Below are positions 9,692 through 19,753 of a stretch of DNA of 64,000 bases, in pieces. Numbering within the stretch: the first letter of the stretch is position 1; each line of letters begins with the position of its first letter. A program made the translations under genes and the position numbers. The stretch is from an uncultured delta proteobacterium (GTDB lineage: Bacteria; Myxococcota_A; Polyangia; Polyangiales; Polyangiaceae). Below the pieces are notes generated by a model. It had not been told where the DNA came from. It saw nothing but the letters and a program-made list of their open reading frames with translations, and made no database searches. The DNA is taken from assembly GCA_963841435.1 (NCBI GenBank), contig CAWJCS010000006.1, forward strand, positions 192,001 to 256,000, read 5' to 3'.

Positions 9692-9933
9692 CGTGGAGCT
9701 CCTTCGGATGAAAAAATCGTCGGCCCAGCTGGTCGCGGCGGCGTGTCACTGCGCTTCATGGTCGTTGTCCTCCGATGTCGATCAGAGTGCCCCCGACCCT
9801 CGTCGCCGAGAGCGCGAGCGGCAGGAACGGGCCGCCGACAACGTCCGCAACAGGACGGGCGAGCTGAAAGAGCCGGGGTTCACGCCGACCCGCACGTGCG
9901 CTCTGATGGTCCCTCCGGTGCCAAAGAAGTCCC

Positions 9934-10674
9934 TCAACCCGCGCGCAGCAGGAACCGGAGCCCGATCAGCACCAGCAGAAGCTCCACCACCAGCGTGAAG
10001 CGAGCCGCGTCCAAGCGGCGCAGGACCTTCGTCCCTGCCAGCGTGCCCAGCACCATCGCGACCCCGAGTGCAGCGCCGAGCGTGAGGGTCCCTGCGTCAA
10101 CCGCGCCGCCGTGGCGGTAGACGACTACCTTTACGACATGCATCCAGACCGCGCAGGCCGCGACGGTCCCCACGAACGCCCGCCCGGTCAGACCCGCGGC
10201 CAGAAAGAACGGCGAGACGATTGGCCCCATTCCGCCGACCACGCCCCCGACGAAGCCCCCGCCCGCGCCCACCGCAACGAACACGCGCTCGTCGAGGATG
10301 CGCAGCTTTCCGCCCGGCATGCGCCGTGAGACGACGGCCAGGATCAGAAAGCCGCCGATCGCCTTCAAGAGCCAGAACACCGGTAGGGAAAGGAAGACCG
10401 CGGCTCCGAGGGCGGCGCCCAAGGTCGAGCCGAGGGCGTACCAACCTACGATGCGCCACCTGACGTGAGCTCGGTTGACGAACGCGCGCGAAGGCGTACC
10501 GAGCAGCATCATCACCGTCAGGATTGGCACCGCGCGCTGGGGACCGACGGCCGCCGTGAGAAACGGCAGAAACAGCATCCCGCCCCCAAACCCCGCAATC
10601 GCCGAAACGATCGCCCCCAGAAACGAGAGCCCGACGAGCCCGACCACCGTCGGCCACAGCGCGATCCCCTCCAT
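9934..10674 (-). CDS. Sulfite exporter TauE/SafE family membrane protein
   Basis: AIAGFGGGMLF and GGVVGGMGP motifs, about 8 TM segments. Start reassigned to MEGIALW. Confidence 0.85.
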   Translation of the reverse strand: MEGIALWPTVVGLVGLSFLGAIVSAIAGFGGGMLFLPFLTAAVGPQRAVPILTVMMLLGTPSRAFVNRAHVRWRIVGWYALGSTLGAALGAAVFLSLPVFWLLKAIGGFLILAVVSRRMPGGKLRILDERVFVAVGAGGGFVGGVVGGMGPIVSPFFLAAGLTGRAFVGTVAACAVWMHVVKVVVYRHGGAVDAGTLTLGAALGVAMVLGTLAGTKVLRRLDAARFTLVVELLLVLIGLRFLLRAG

Positions 10675-10744
10675 CAGCGACCCTTCCCGCCGACGTTGAG
10701 CAAGCACCCGCGCGAGCTGGTTCGTATCGTGAAGGCGTGGGAAT

Positions 10745-11924
10745 TCATGACCCCGAGGTGTAGTCGTCGAAGCTGAAGCTCGGCTGGGCGTGTCGCGCCA
10801 TGAACTTGGTGAGCCCCGGCAACCCGGCCATCTTGATGAGCAGATCACGTGTCCATACCGAGGGCTGATTCGCGGGGGCGAAAAACATGCGGTAGGCCTT
10901 GGCGCGGTCCTGCTGTTCGGCAACGAAGCGGCCGAGCTTTTCGTGATAGCGCTGAAACGCCAAAGGCACGTCGCCTGCGGCTCGAGTCAGCTCGCCGGCC
11001 AAGACGTAAGCCTCGGTCATGGCCAGGCCCGTGCCCTCTCCTACGAGAAGCGACGCGCACGCCGCCGCGTCACCGACCAGGGCGACTCGTCCTTTCGACC
11101 AGCTGGGCATGCGGATCTGGCTGACGCGATCGAAGTAGACGGGCCCGCGATCCAGGTAGGAAAGCATCTCGGGGACCTCCCAACCGACGTCGGCATAGAC
11201 CGAACGGAGACAGCTCTCTACCTCCTCAGCGAGACTTGGGTTCACTTTCCACGAGGGAAGCGCGGAAGATCAGGAGAACGACCGTGGTTCCATCGTAGCG
11301 CTGGATGCGTGCAGCCCAGCGGTTCGGGATGGAATGGGCGAGGTACTTGTCGTCGTCTCGATGGGGGTAGTCGGGCGCGCGGTAGACGGCGACGTAGCAG
11401 TCCAAAAAGTGCTCGAACTCGCTTTCGGGGCCGAAGGCGAGCTCTCGAACCGCCGAATGGAGCCCGTCGGCTCCGACAATCGCGTCGAAGGATTCGCTCT
11501 CGCCGTTGGACAGGGTCACGTCGACTCGATCCGTCGCCTGTTCGATGCCCACGATGTGGGTTCCAAATTCGGCCCGGATGCCCTGGCATGCCCCGAACAG
11601 TGACTCACAAATCGCACCCCTGGGGATGGTGATGAAGCGCCCGTCCCACTGCTCCCGCACCTCGCTCGTGTCCAGTCCGGCCACTTCGTTCCCGTGGGTG
11701 TCAACGAAGCAGAGCCGGTTCATCTCCTTGCCCTTGGCCCGAAGCTCCGGGATGAGCCCCATCTTCTCGGCCACCTGGTAGCCCAGGCCCCAGAAATCCA
11801 CGACGAAGCCCTCCTTGCGGAGGGTTTCGGCCTTCTCGAAGAGAACGGGTTCGTGGCCGTATTTCTTCAGCCAGTAGGCCAGGGTTGGTCCACCGATCCC
11901 GATACCGTTGATGCCGATCTTCAT
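10745..11924 (-). pseudogene. FAD-dependent monooxygenase split by a frameshift near 11235
   Basis: The N-half has GIGIGG and VGADGLHS. The C-half (other frame) has RVALVGDAA and GEGTGLAM. ATGA overlap with tetR. Confidence 0.88.
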
Positions 11925-12502
11925 GACGTCTCCTGTTCTGATGATGTTTCCTTTTGCACCATGCGGGAGAACTCGGTCCACGAGCGACCGAGCTCAGCTC
12001 CGCTGTGAGAAGCGAGCAGATGCAGCGAGATCCCATCGAGCATGAGGAGCGCCATGTTCGCGACTCTGCGGGCGCTCTTCTTCTTCAACCCCACCTGCAC
12101 GAAGTGAGCGGCGATGCTCTCGTTGACTTCTGTCAGGTAGCTCGCGAGCCGCTCGCGCAGCTGGTCGTCGAACATCGCCTTGCCGAAGAACACGTAGTAG
12201 GCGCGCAGAAAGTCACCGCGCTGTTCGAGCATTTGGAAGGTCATCTTCCCGAGCGTGTCGAGCAACTGTTTCAAGGTCATCCCGTTGGGGGGCTGCCACT
12301 CCACGAAATCCTCGAACAGCAGCTCGAACGCTTCGTGCGGGACGGAGCTCAGCGTCGGGAAGTGGTGAAACACGGTGGCCTTGCTGACCCCGAGCTCTTG
12401 GGCCAACCTGGCGGCCGAAAAGGCCTCGGGTCCCTGGCTCCCCAAGAGCCGAATGGTGCCTTCGAGAATGCGTCGCCGTGTATCCGAGGGATGGGGTGGC
12501 AT
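11921..12502 (-). CDS. TetR/AcrR family transcriptional regulator
   Basis: N-terminal HTH LAQELGVSKATVFHHFPT; 193 aa. Confidence 0.93.
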   Translation of the reverse strand: MPPHPSDTRRRILEGTIRLLGSQGPEAFSAARLAQELGVSKATVFHHFPTLSSVPHEAFELLFEDFVEWQPPNGMTLKQLLDTLGKMTFQMLEQRGDFLRAYYVFFGKAMFDDQLRERLASYLTEVNESIAAHFVQVGLKKKSARRVANMALLMLDGISLHLLASHSGAELGRSWTEFSRMVQKETSSEQETS

Positions 12503-12506
12503 GAGG

Positions 12507-12522
12507 CTGACCGATCGGTCAG
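12507..12522. promoter_or_regulatory. Putative TetR operator
   Basis: Perfect 16-bp palindrome CTGACCGATCGGTCAG, 4 bp upstream of the tetR start codon. Confidence 0.75.
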
Positions 12523-12689
12523 GATCATGGGGCGACGCGCGCAGGTGTCAAGTCGGCCCAGGGCGGAGGAGCTTCAGATTCACGATGATGCGCTCGCCGG
12601 TGCCCTTGTGACGGAGCTCCAGACGAATCGGGCGGGGAGCAAGCTCGGAGGGGCAGTCCGTCGCTCGACCTGGACAGAGCCGTAGGCGC

Positions 12690-13715
12690 GTGGAACGCTG
12701 TCGTCCGGAGCGGGTGAAGGTGCGCGAGATCGGAAACGGACGTAGAGAACCGAGAGCGCAACAGCTGCTCTTGTGCGTCGTGCTCATTCCTCTCATGGCC
12801 TACTGCGGCGGGCAGAGTGAACGTGACGAGCAGCGCCCGAGCGGATCGTCCGGCAAGGGTGGCTCCGGTGGCTCCGGTGGCTCCGGTGGCTCCGGTGGCT
12901 CGATGGGCGGCACCGACACCGGGAGCGGCCCCGGTGCGACGGGGGGCGTCGCGGCCAGCGGCGGAACGCTCGGCGGCGGGGGCGGCGTCGGCGGTGACTT
13001 CGCCGGTCACACCGGGATCTGCGCGGGCGACCCCTGCGCGCCTGGCTGCGCGTTTACCTGCAGCGGCAACGGTGGAGGTGGTCAGGGCGGGGCGGGCAAC
13101 GGCGGCGTTTCAGGAGTTGGTGGCGCCGGCGACGGCGGTGCCGACAACGGCGGTGCTTCAGGAGTTGGTGGCGACTTCGCCGGTCACACCGGACTGTGCA
13201 TGACCGCCGGCTGCGCCGGGCAGGGTGGCGGCGGGCAGGGTGGCGGCGGTGTCGGCGGTGACTTCGCCGGTCACACGGGGATCTGCGCGGGCAACCCCTG
13301 CGCGCCTGGCTGCCCGGGTATCTGCGGCGGCGACGGTGGGGGTGGCCAGGGCGGGGCGGGCAACGGCGGGGTTGGCGGGGCTGGAAATGGTGGAGCTGGC
13401 GACGGCGGCGCCGGAGCGAGCGGAGCGGGAGCGAGCAACATGGCCTTCGCGGACCGCCTCGACGCCGAGGTCGCGAGCGCGACGTACGGCGGCCCAACGC
13501 TGCGCGCTTGCTACGCGCTGCCGGGCTACGAGCCCGACCCCTGCCTCCCACCGGATGACGGCTTCGTCACGTGGCTCGACATGCCGGGCGGGTGCGAGCC
13601 CCACGTGAAGGACGGGCCTTTCCCGAGCTCGGGGCGCGGAGGAAGGCAGTGTTGTTACACGGTGACCTGCGTGCCCCTGACGGCGAGCGGCGTGCGCGAC
13701 CGCGTTCGGCCCTGA
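12690..13715 (+). CDS. Gly-rich lipoprotein with repeated GDFAGHTG-Cys modules
   Basis: LLLCVVLIPLMAYC hydrophobic segment/lipobox, GGS 9-bp repeats at ~12858-12901, three GDFAGHTG(I/L)C units and a Cys-rich C-terminus (CCY). Start uncertain. Confidence 0.7.
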   Translation: MERCRPERVKVREIGNGRREPRAQQLLLCVVLIPLMAYCGGQSERDEQRPSGSSGKGGSGGSGGSGGSGGSMGGTDTGSGPGATGGVAASGGTLGGGGGVGGDFAGHTGICAGDPCAPGCAFTCSGNGGGGQGGAGNGGVSGVGGAGDGGADNGGASGVGGDFAGHTGLCMTAGCAGQGGGGQGGGGVGGDFAGHTGICAGNPCAPGCPGICGGDGGGGQGGAGNGGVGGAGNGGAGDGGAGASGAGASNMAFADRLDAEVASATYGGPTLRACYALPGYEPDPCLPPDDGFVTWLDMPGGCEPHVKDGPFPSSGRGGRQCCYTVTCVPLTASGVRDRVRP

Positions 13716-13729
13716 CGGTCGGGGGTCCC

Positions 13730-16048
13730 GTGCCGCGTTCGTCCGCGTCGAGCCGCGAGGCGAGCTTGCTCGCAGGCCTGCTCGTCGTCGGCATCCTGGT
13801 GCTTTCGTACGGCCTCGGCCGCCACCAGCCGCTCGCCGACTGGTTGTCTTTCCACTACCTGCGTGCGGCGCTACTCGCCGGCTGCTTCGCCTTCGCCTCG
13901 CTCGTGGCAGGCCACGGGGTCCTGGTGCGAACCCTCGGGCGCACCCTCCCGCTCGCCGAGCACGCGACGCTCGCGTTCGCGCTCGGGGTCTTCGCCTTCT
14001 TCCTCACGAGCTTCGTCTTCGGGATGCTCGGACTCTACGGCGGCGTGTTCTTCTTCGGCGCGCCGCTCTTGCTGGTCGCCTTCGGTCTGCCAAGCTTCGC
14101 GCGGAGCGCGTCCCGGCTCCGCCGCCATCTGGCGCGCGTGGACCTCCGCGTGCGGGTGGGGCCACTTTCCGCTCTGGTGCTGGCGCTCGGGTGCCTGGGT
14201 ATCGCGCTCGTCTGGTTCACCATTCTGACGCCCCAGAACGCGTCGTACGACGCGCGCTGGTACCATTTGCCGATAGCGCAGCAGTACGCCGCTCAGGGCC
14301 GCATCTCCGCCTTCGGCGAGGGCTGGGTGAACGGCGCGTTCCCGCAACTCGCGAGCCTACTCTACACGTGGGCGTTCTGCGCGCCTGGCACACTGTTCGA
14401 TCGGGTCGAGACTGCTGCGCACCTCGAGCTCGCGATGCTCTTCATGACGCTGGTCGGCGTCGGCGCGCTCTATCGGCGCGTGCTCGGCGAGCGCTCGCCG
14501 CTCGCGTGGACCGCGCTCTTCGTGTTCCCCGGCATCTTCTGCTACGACTCGGGGCTCGTGCTCGGCGCCGATCACGTGGCCGCGCTCTTCGCCGCGCCGG
14601 TCGCCCTGCTCGCACTGCGCTTCTCCGAAGCGCCCGATCGGCGCTGGGCGCTGCTCCTCGGTGCGGCCGTGGCCGCAGCGCTCGACACGAAGTACACGGC
14701 GGTGCTGCTTTTGCCGCTGCCGCTCGCCCTTGTCGCGAAAGCCGCGCTCGGGCGGCCCGATCGCCGCCGCACGTTCGTCTCGAGCGGGCTCACGCTGCTC
14801 GGCAGCATCGTCGTGCTGACGGCGCCGCACTGGCTGAAGAACGCCGTCTACTACGGCGACCCGCTGTTCCCGCTGCTGCGCCGCTTCTTCCCCGCCCACC
14901 CCTGGCAGGAGGCAGCCGAGGCGCCCCTCGCCGGCTGGTACTACCGAGTGCACGTGCCGTCCGGCCTCGCCGGTGTCGCGGACATGCTGAAGACGCTCGT
15001 GACCTTCTCGTTCGTCCCCCACGACTTTCCCCAGTATCATGGCTCGATCCCGGTCTTCGGGTCGCTGTTCACGCTGCTCACGCCGACGCTCTGGTTCTTC
15101 CGCCGCCGGGCGCGCCTGGTCTGGCTGTTCTCGGGGAGCTACCTCGGCATCGCGGCCTGGTGCTACCTGCATCAGTTCGATCGCTACTTGCAGGTGCTCG
15201 TCCCGTGGATGGCCGCGGGCTCGGCGGCGGCGATTGCGCTGTCGTTTCGGAGGGGCGGCATGGCGCGCACGGCGGTCGTCGGGCTCGTTGGCTTGCAGGT
15301 GCTTTGGGCCGCCGGCGTGCCGTTCATTCCCAGCCACCGCGCGGCGCCCGCGCCCATCCTGAAGGTGGTCGTCGATCTCCTTTCGTCGCACGAGGGCGAC
15401 CCGGCACGGGCCGAGTTGATGGGCTACCCGGCCTGGGAAGCGCTCGGGCGAGCCCTACCCCAGGGCGCGCGCCTCTTGCTGCACGAAGAGGAGGTGGCGC
15501 TCGGGATCGACGCGGCCGTGGTGCGCGATCATCCGGGCGACCAGGGGGCCCTGTATTGGGGTGAGCCCGGAGCTCAGACGCCTCGCGAGGTGTGGCGCCT
15601 GCTCGAAGCGCAGCGCGTGACGCACCTCGCGTGGGCCACGCACCTCGATCACGGCAACGACACGGTCGCGAGCGGGCTCGTCTTCTTCGACTTCGTGGCG
15701 CACCATGCCGAGCCGCTCGGTGAGCACGGCGGGTTTTCGCTCGCACGCCTGCCCGCCGAGCCGCCGCCCGCGGAGCCGCCCGGCCTGGTGGCGTACTTTC
15801 CGTGCGGCACGACGCGCTTCGCACCGGGTCTGTATCCGCTCGGGGCGCTCGCCCGCGGCCCGAAGGACGTGCGGCCGGCGCCAGGTCCGCTCGCGGGCGT
15901 GTCGTTCGGCGCGGCGCTCGAGCGTGCACGCTTCTTGGTGCTGGACGTGCGCTGCCACCCGCCGCTCGCGCCCGCCCAGCGCCGGACCTTCGAGCTTCTC
16001 GCCGCCCGCGACCGAGCGATGCTCTTTTCGCGGAGGCCGGAGCCATGA
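13730..16048 (+). CDS. Polytopic membrane protein, GT-C/ArnT-PMT-like glycosyltransferase
   Basis: More than 10 TM segments; YDARWYHLP, TKYTA, GDPLFP and DRYL motifs. GTG start at 13730 just after the upstream stop. Confidence 0.75.
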   Translation: MPRSSASSREASLLAGLLVVGILVLSYGLGRHQPLADWLSFHYLRAALLAGCFAFASLVAGHGVLVRTLGRTLPLAEHATLAFALGVFAFFLTSFVFGMLGLYGGVFFFGAPLLLVAFGLPSFARSASRLRRHLARVDLRVRVGPLSALVLALGCLGIALVWFTILTPQNASYDARWYHLPIAQQYAAQGRISAFGEGWVNGAFPQLASLLYTWAFCAPGTLFDRVETAAHLELAMLFMTLVGVGALYRRVLGERSPLAWTALFVFPGIFCYDSGLVLGADHVAALFAAPVALLALRFSEAPDRRWALLLGAAVAAALDTKYTAVLLLPLPLALVAKAALGRPDRRRTFVSSGLTLLGSIVVLTAPHWLKNAVYYGDPLFPLLRRFFPAHPWQEAAEAPLAGWYYRVHVPSGLAGVADMLKTLVTFSFVPHDFPQYHGSIPVFGSLFTLLTPTLWFFRRRARLVWLFSGSYLGIAAWCYLHQFDRYLQVLVPWMAAGSAAAIALSFRRGGMARTAVVGLVGLQVLWAAGVPFIPSHRAAPAPILKVVVDLLSSHEGDPARAELMGYPAWEALGRALPQGARLLLHEEEVALGIDAAVVRDHPGDQGALYWGEPGAQTPREVWRLLEAQRVTHLAWATHLDHGNDTVASGLVFFDFVAHHAEPLGEHGGFSLARLPAEPPPAEPPGLVAYFPCGTTRFAPGLYPLGALARGPKDVRPAPGPLAGVSFGAALERARFLVLDVRCHPPLAPAQRRTFELLAARDRAMLFSRRPEP

Positions 16049-17367
16049 CGCGCGGCCGCGGTTCACGGGTGGCGCTCGCGCTCTTGCTGTGCGGCTGTGG
16101 CGAAGCGAGCTCCTCGAGCGAGCCCGTTGCCCCGGCGCACGTCGCGAGCGCGGACTGCCCCCTGAAGGTGCCCGCCGACTGGCAGGCGTTCCTGGAAACG
16201 TTGGTTGACGATCAGCACTGGGTGATGACCTGCAGCGACCTGCAAGACTGCGGCCCACGGCTCGGTGACTTCCTCGCTCACGTGGAGAGCAACGTCGCGA
16301 GCGTGCTCGCGCGCTGCAGTGTCGACCTGGAACGAAATCCCGCGATCGCGGCCTGCACGGAGCACCTGCGCCGCTACCTGCCCGCCTTCGTCGAGCAGCA
16401 CCAGACGGGCAGCTACGGTTTCCGCCAGCCGAACGTCGAGTACTTTACCGCTCAGGCGGCGCCCAACGTCCCCGCCGGCATGATGGACCCGCCGAGCGCG
16501 CTCTTTGCCGCGCTCCCCACGCGCGCCGCAGTCGAAGCCGCGGCTCGTGATCAGGGCATGGTGTACCTCACGCACGACTCGTGCCTCGGCGGCGTGCGCA
16601 CGTTCGTACACGTCGTGGACTCCCAAGGACGCTTCGAGCAGTGGCTCCTCTTCGGCATGGAGAACGACGCCAGCGCCGTGTCCGACCCGACGATCGTGTC
16701 GTTCATCGCAGTGCAGAAGACGGACGCAGGCGGCGTGCCGCTGCCGAAGCCTCGCCTGCACTTCCGGGACTACCTGGCCGCGAGCGGCGCATCCGGCTGG
16801 ACCCTGAGCCTCCCCGACGGCTTCGAAGGCAAGTGCTACGGGTGCCACACGAGCGGCCTACGGGCGCTCGTGCCCTCCCTCGCCTCCATCACCGAGTCCG
16901 CGCCCGTGCGTGGTGAGCCCGGCTTCGGCGTGGATCCGCCCCCGGATTTCGGCGCCGAACGACTGGCGGCGCTCAACGATCGCCTGGTCGCCGGCGGTCC
17001 GCCCGACTGGAACGACACCATCCGCCCGGCGGATCACGGTCCCGTGCTGGGCGCGACCCTCGGCTGCACCGAGTGCCACGACGGTCGCACCCGCGGCACG
17101 CTGAGCGTCTCGAGCAGCGAGGGCACGCTGCGCCAGAAGATGGTCGGCCAGCTCAGCATGCGCTCGTATGCCGACGGCGTGAGCGTGCCCGACGAACGCG
17201 CCATGGAGCTTCTGGCGCGCGAACAGAGTGGCGACCCACCACTCGGCCCCGAGGAGGCGAGCGAGCTTGCGGCCGCGCGCGCCCAGCACCAGGCCGACTA
17301 CGATGCCTTCGTGGCGGCACGCTTCCCCGACTGGAAGGCGTGGATGCTCGAGCGCTCGTGCGAGTGA
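16045..17367 (+). CDS. Lipoprotein with two CXXCH motifs (putative diheme c-type cytochrome)
   Basis: ALALLLCGC lipobox, CYGCH and CTECH; ATGA overlap with the upstream gene. Confidence 0.78.
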   Translation: MTRGRGSRVALALLLCGCGEASSSSEPVAPAHVASADCPLKVPADWQAFLETLVDDQHWVMTCSDLQDCGPRLGDFLAHVESNVASVLARCSVDLERNPAIAACTEHLRRYLPAFVEQHQTGSYGFRQPNVEYFTAQAAPNVPAGMMDPPSALFAALPTRAAVEAAARDQGMVYLTHDSCLGGVRTFVHVVDSQGRFEQWLLFGMENDASAVSDPTIVSFIAVQKTDAGGVPLPKPRLHFRDYLAASGASGWTLSLPDGFEGKCYGCHTSGLRALVPSLASITESAPVRGEPGFGVDPPPDFGAERLAALNDRLVAGGPPDWNDTIRPADHGPVLGATLGCTECHDGRTRGTLSVSSSEGTLRQKMVGQLSMRSYADGVSVPDERAMELLAREQSGDPPLGPEEASELAAARAQHQADYDAFVAARFPDWKAWMLERSCE

Positions 17368-17436
17368 CGTGGACGCACGCGATCCCCGGTCACTGGTGAC
17401 CACTGACCGGGTTTGTGTCACCCAGAAAGTGTCACC

Positions 17437-17494
17437 TAGGCCCCCGGCCGTACCCCCTTGGAGCCGTACTTGCTGGCTCGGACGGCCTACTTGC
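17437..17494. repeat. Short dispersed copy of the element that is expanded at 53114-53300
   Basis: taggcccccggccgtacccccttggagccgtacttgctggctcggacggcctacttgc aligns by hand to the 53137 element once its extra 21-bp units are removed. Confidence 0.75.
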
Positions 17495-17551
17495 AACGTC
17501 GAGCTTGCCGGCAACAATCGCTTCTCGTGGGTGAGTCCCCATCGACGAACA

Positions 17552-17676
17552 AGGCAGCTAGGACTCTCGTCGCGCACGGTGGAAAACCACCTGGCACGAG
17601 CCTACGAAAGCTCGGTGTCCGCTCGCGCACGGAGCTTGCGCTCTTGAACCGGGTGTGGCCCGAGCCCGGCTGCTGA
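17552..17676 (+). pseudogene. LuxR-type HTH C-terminal fragment, frameshifted
   Basis: RQLGLSSRTVENHLARAYE / KLGVRSRTELA, with one base missing in the A-run at 17607-17609. No N-terminus. Confidence 0.8.
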
Positions 17677-17685
17677 CGTTTTCGC

Positions 17686-19359
17686 ATGATTTGTCGGGGT
17701 CGCCGTTCGATAGTCGATGCGGTGTCCCGCACGCGACCTGCCCCCGTCAGCGACGACAGCGAGGAGTCCCGCGCCTTTCTCCAGGCTCGCGTCGCGCTGT
17801 TCTGGAAAGTGATGTTCTTCATCACGCTGTTCAGCAGCGGTCTAGGGGCCTTCGGTACGATTGCGCAGCGGGGCCTGGACTTCTGGCTCACCCTGGTGGT
17901 GAGCGGTCAATCGGCCGTCTTTTGGTGGTTGTGTGGCCGTGGCCAGTGGTCGATGCGGTCGTCCCGTCTGCTCGAGAGCGTCGGCTTGGTGTTCTATGTC
18001 ACCTGCGGCGCCTCGATCGGGCGCTTCCTTCTCGTCGGCGTGACGCACGATCGGTCGCTCGTGGACGCCTCGGCCATCATGATGGCCGACGGGTACGTCA
18101 CCATGCTCCAGCTGTTCGGGACCGCGCTGATGGTCGGCATTCGCGCCGCTCTGGTCCCGTCTCGACCGAGTCGTACCCTGATTGTCACCTCGTTGGTCGG
18201 CATCCCCCCGATCGTGATGACGACGTTCTTCGAGCCGACCGACGGCGGCGGGCTCAGCTTGCGCTCACTCGACTCGCCCGCTCTCCCCTGGCTCCCCGGC
18301 AGCGCGGTCGTGATGTGGGTTTTCGTGGTGATCACGTGCAGCGTCATCTCCAAGGTCATCTTCGGGCTCAGGGCAGAGGTAAAGGAAGCACGCCGCCTGG
18401 GCCAATACGTCCTCGAGCACAAGATCGGTGAAGGCGGCATGGGGGAAGTCTACCGGGCACGCCACGGCATGATGCGGCGCCCTTCGGCGATCAAATTGCT
18501 GCGCGGCAACCAAGCCAGCGATGCGCAGCTGCGTCGGTTCGAGAGGGAGGTGCAGCTGACGGCGCGGCTCACCCACCCCAACACGATCACGCTCTTCGAC
18601 TACGGTCGAACTCAGGACGGCCTCTTCTACTACGCGATGGAGCTGCTGGACGGCGCCAACCTCCAGCGCATCGTCGAGGTCAGCGGCCCACAACCGGCGG
18701 CTCGCGTCGTGCGCATCCTGTCCATGGCTTGTGGCGCGCTGATCGAAGCGCACGATGTCGGCTTGGTCCATCGCGACATCAAGCCCGCCAACCTCATGTT
18801 GTGTCGCCAGGGCGGGGAGTACGACGTCTTGAAGTTGCTCGACTTCGGCCTCGTCAAGGAGCTCGCGGTTGAGGGGGAGGCGCGCCTGACGGGTGTGAGC
18901 ACGCTGCTCGGCACCCCTCAATACATGGCGCCAGAGACGATCTTGCAGGCAGACTCGGCGGACGCCCGCTCCGACCTTTACGCTCTCGGAGCTGTAGCGT
19001 ACTACCTGCTTGCCGGGGCGGACGTGTTCGACGGCAAGTCGGTGATCGAGCTCTGCACCCAGCACTTGCGAAACGCGCCTGCGCCGCTCGCTGCGCGAGG
19101 TGTGACCGTACCCGCCGAGCTCGAGGCGCTCGTGCTCGCCTGCCTCGAAAAGGAGCCAACTCGACGACCCCAAGACGCAGCTGAGCTCCGCCGCAAGCTC
19201 GAAGCTTGCGCGATGGCGCCCTGGACCAGCGACGATGCGCGCACCTGGTGGCTCCAGCACCACGCCGCACTCGACGCAGAACAGCCCCGAGGCAACGACT
19301 CGTCCCACGCCGCCACCATCCACGACCCTTGGCGGTCGCTAGCCGCCGAAGAGCACTGA
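17686..19359 (+). CDS. Membrane-anchored Hanks-type Ser/Thr protein kinase
   Basis: N-terminal TM bundle; IGEGGMGEVY, AIK, HRDIKPAN, DFG and GTPQYMAPE. Confidence 0.95.
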   Translation: MICRGRRSIVDAVSRTRPAPVSDDSEESRAFLQARVALFWKVMFFITLFSSGLGAFGTIAQRGLDFWLTLVVSGQSAVFWWLCGRGQWSMRSSRLLESVGLVFYVTCGASIGRFLLVGVTHDRSLVDASAIMMADGYVTMLQLFGTALMVGIRAALVPSRPSRTLIVTSLVGIPPIVMTTFFEPTDGGGLSLRSLDSPALPWLPGSAVVMWVFVVITCSVISKVIFGLRAEVKEARRLGQYVLEHKIGEGGMGEVYRARHGMMRRPSAIKLLRGNQASDAQLRRFEREVQLTARLTHPNTITLFDYGRTQDGLFYYAMELLDGANLQRIVEVSGPQPAARVVRILSMACGALIEAHDVGLVHRDIKPANLMLCRQGGEYDVLKLLDFGLVKELAVEGEARLTGVSTLLGTPQYMAPETILQADSADARSDLYALGAVAYYLLAGADVFDGKSVIELCTQHLRNAPAPLAARGVTVPAELEALVLACLEKEPTRRPQDAAELRRKLEACAMAPWTSDDARTWWLQHHAALDAEQPRGNDSSHAATIHDPWRSLAAEEH

Positions 19360-19753
19360 ACCTCTGACCGCACGCGGCAGTCGGCGGGACCCTCTGGAAG
19401 CGACACGCGGCCGTGAGAGGACGCGGCCGCGTACCTGCTCGCCTTGTGGGTCCGATCGGCTCACCGACCGAGCGGCAGCATGAGCTGCCCGGGCACGGGA
19501 GGCAGCGCACGTGGAGGCGGACGAGGCGCCGCCCTAGCCGCGGGAGCTCGCCGAAAAAAAGACGGGCTCCTCTTGCGGTCCCTCGGACTAGCCAGCGCTT
19601 GCAGAACAGACACGCTGCAAGTCTCTCCTGTCACCGCAAGGCGGAAGGTGTCAGCCGCCGCGCGCTGCCTCTGACTTGGAATTTTGCGCCCCCATGGTGA
19701 AAAAAAATGCACCTGGTCCTGTCGCGCGGGGGCAAAAGCGGGAATTGTTGAGC

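Noticed and set aside
11226-11228. Selenocysteine/UGA readthrough in the monooxygenase
   Set aside because: The C-terminal half is in a different frame, so this is a frameshift, not an in-frame stop.
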